A stretch of 63,222 bases of DNA, counting the filler, from Hausera hauseri (lineage: Eukaryota): NCBI GenBank assembly GCA_046269625.1. It is 12 parts of 12 records of this genome, joined end to end, with 100 filler letters (N's around TTAATTAATTAA, not from the genome) between each part and the next. Parts side by side here need not be neighbours in the genome. Positions count along the whole stretch, not along the records: positions 58,895 to 63,222 come from JBJURY010633107.1; 11 more parts are not named here. One strand, written 5' to 3'. The position numbers and the translations under genes are program-made. The notes beneath the pieces are model-generated. The model saw nothing but the letters and a program-made list of their open reading frames with translations, was not told where the DNA came from and searched no databases. Numbering within the stretch: position 1 is the first letter of the stretch; every line of letters starts with the position of its first letter. This document shows positions 62,801 to 63,222 of this stretch, piece after piece.

Positions 62801-63222
62801 GGATGAGCAGCCGGACGAGATCAAGATCCAGGACCCGGACCCAAATGGAGATGTTGGATACATATTGGAGGTAAATGTGGAATACCCCAATGATATCTGC
62901 AAAAAGCATGAACAGCCTTTCCTCCCAGAGAGTAAACAGCCGCCAAACGGAAAATTTACAAAATTGCTCTGTCATATGGAGAACAAGGAGAGATATTCAA
63001 CACATTACATTAATCTCCAGCAGGAGAAAAGAATGGACTCCGCATCACGAAGATCCATTGAGCCCTTTGGTTTAGTCAATCCAGGTGGCTGCAACCATAT
63101 ATCGATTTTAACACAAAGCTGAGGACCGACGCGAAAAACGACTTCGAAAAGGACCAGTACAAGTTGTACAACAACAGTGTGTTCGGAAAAACAATGGAGA
63201 ACATCAGGAACCGAATAAATAT
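59846..63222 (+). mobile_element. Polinton/Maverick-type pPolB with two N-terminal zinc-finger-like repeats, disrupted, runs off window
   Basis: GNGWAL; DNMCFKYAI; HYVWIKNFKRL; CKRCL; CDFEAIL; CYLC...TGKYRGAACNNCNL; FHNLSGYDSHF; RFIDSYRF; RKGVFPY; YLDANNLYG; [18 protein letters not shown]. Confidence 0.92.
60438..60510 (+). repeat. 12-nt tandem repeat (ttcc(c/a)gcagat-type, ~6 units)
   Basis: Encodes VPAD-IPAD-FPAD-FPAY-FPAD-VPAA, FPQI repeats or SRRF repeats depending on frame. Confidence 0.85.

Noticed and set aside
1-63222. Functional clustering across contigs (PolB + integrases as one Polinton; MORC2 beside TEs; PSME4 with RING/UBL)
   Set aside because: The components sit on different contigs separated by artificial spacers, and the integrases belong to Gypsy pol ORFs.

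Overview
Eukaryotic (most likely invertebrate animal) DNA made of 12 short contigs of about 4-10 kb. They are joined by an artificial 100-nt spacer (N44-TTAATTAATTAA-N44), so adjacency across spacers means nothing biologically. Most of the window is decayed mobile DNA: several Ty3/Gypsy LTR families (three CsRN1-like copies with CHCC Gag, and one pol-LTR-gag tandem), three Polinton/Maverick(adintovirus)-type protein-primed PolB remnants, and mariner, hAT and piggyBac-like relics. There is also a 5.6-kb CT low-complexity block. Host genes are an intact-looking but 5'-partial MORC2 with 42-85-nt introns and disrupted or truncated fragments of SEC24, RUFY and PSME4. The best candidate novel system is an LTR element family seen in two diverged copies (14416-19315 and 56889-58794). 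Its last ORF before the PPT encodes a canonical C3HC4 RING finger. In copy 1, gag is followed not by protease/RT but by a long ORF containing a ubiquitin-like domain. Together these suggest a retroelement carrying a UBL + RING ubiquitin-ligase-like module. All family assignments are by eye from motifs; no searches were run.
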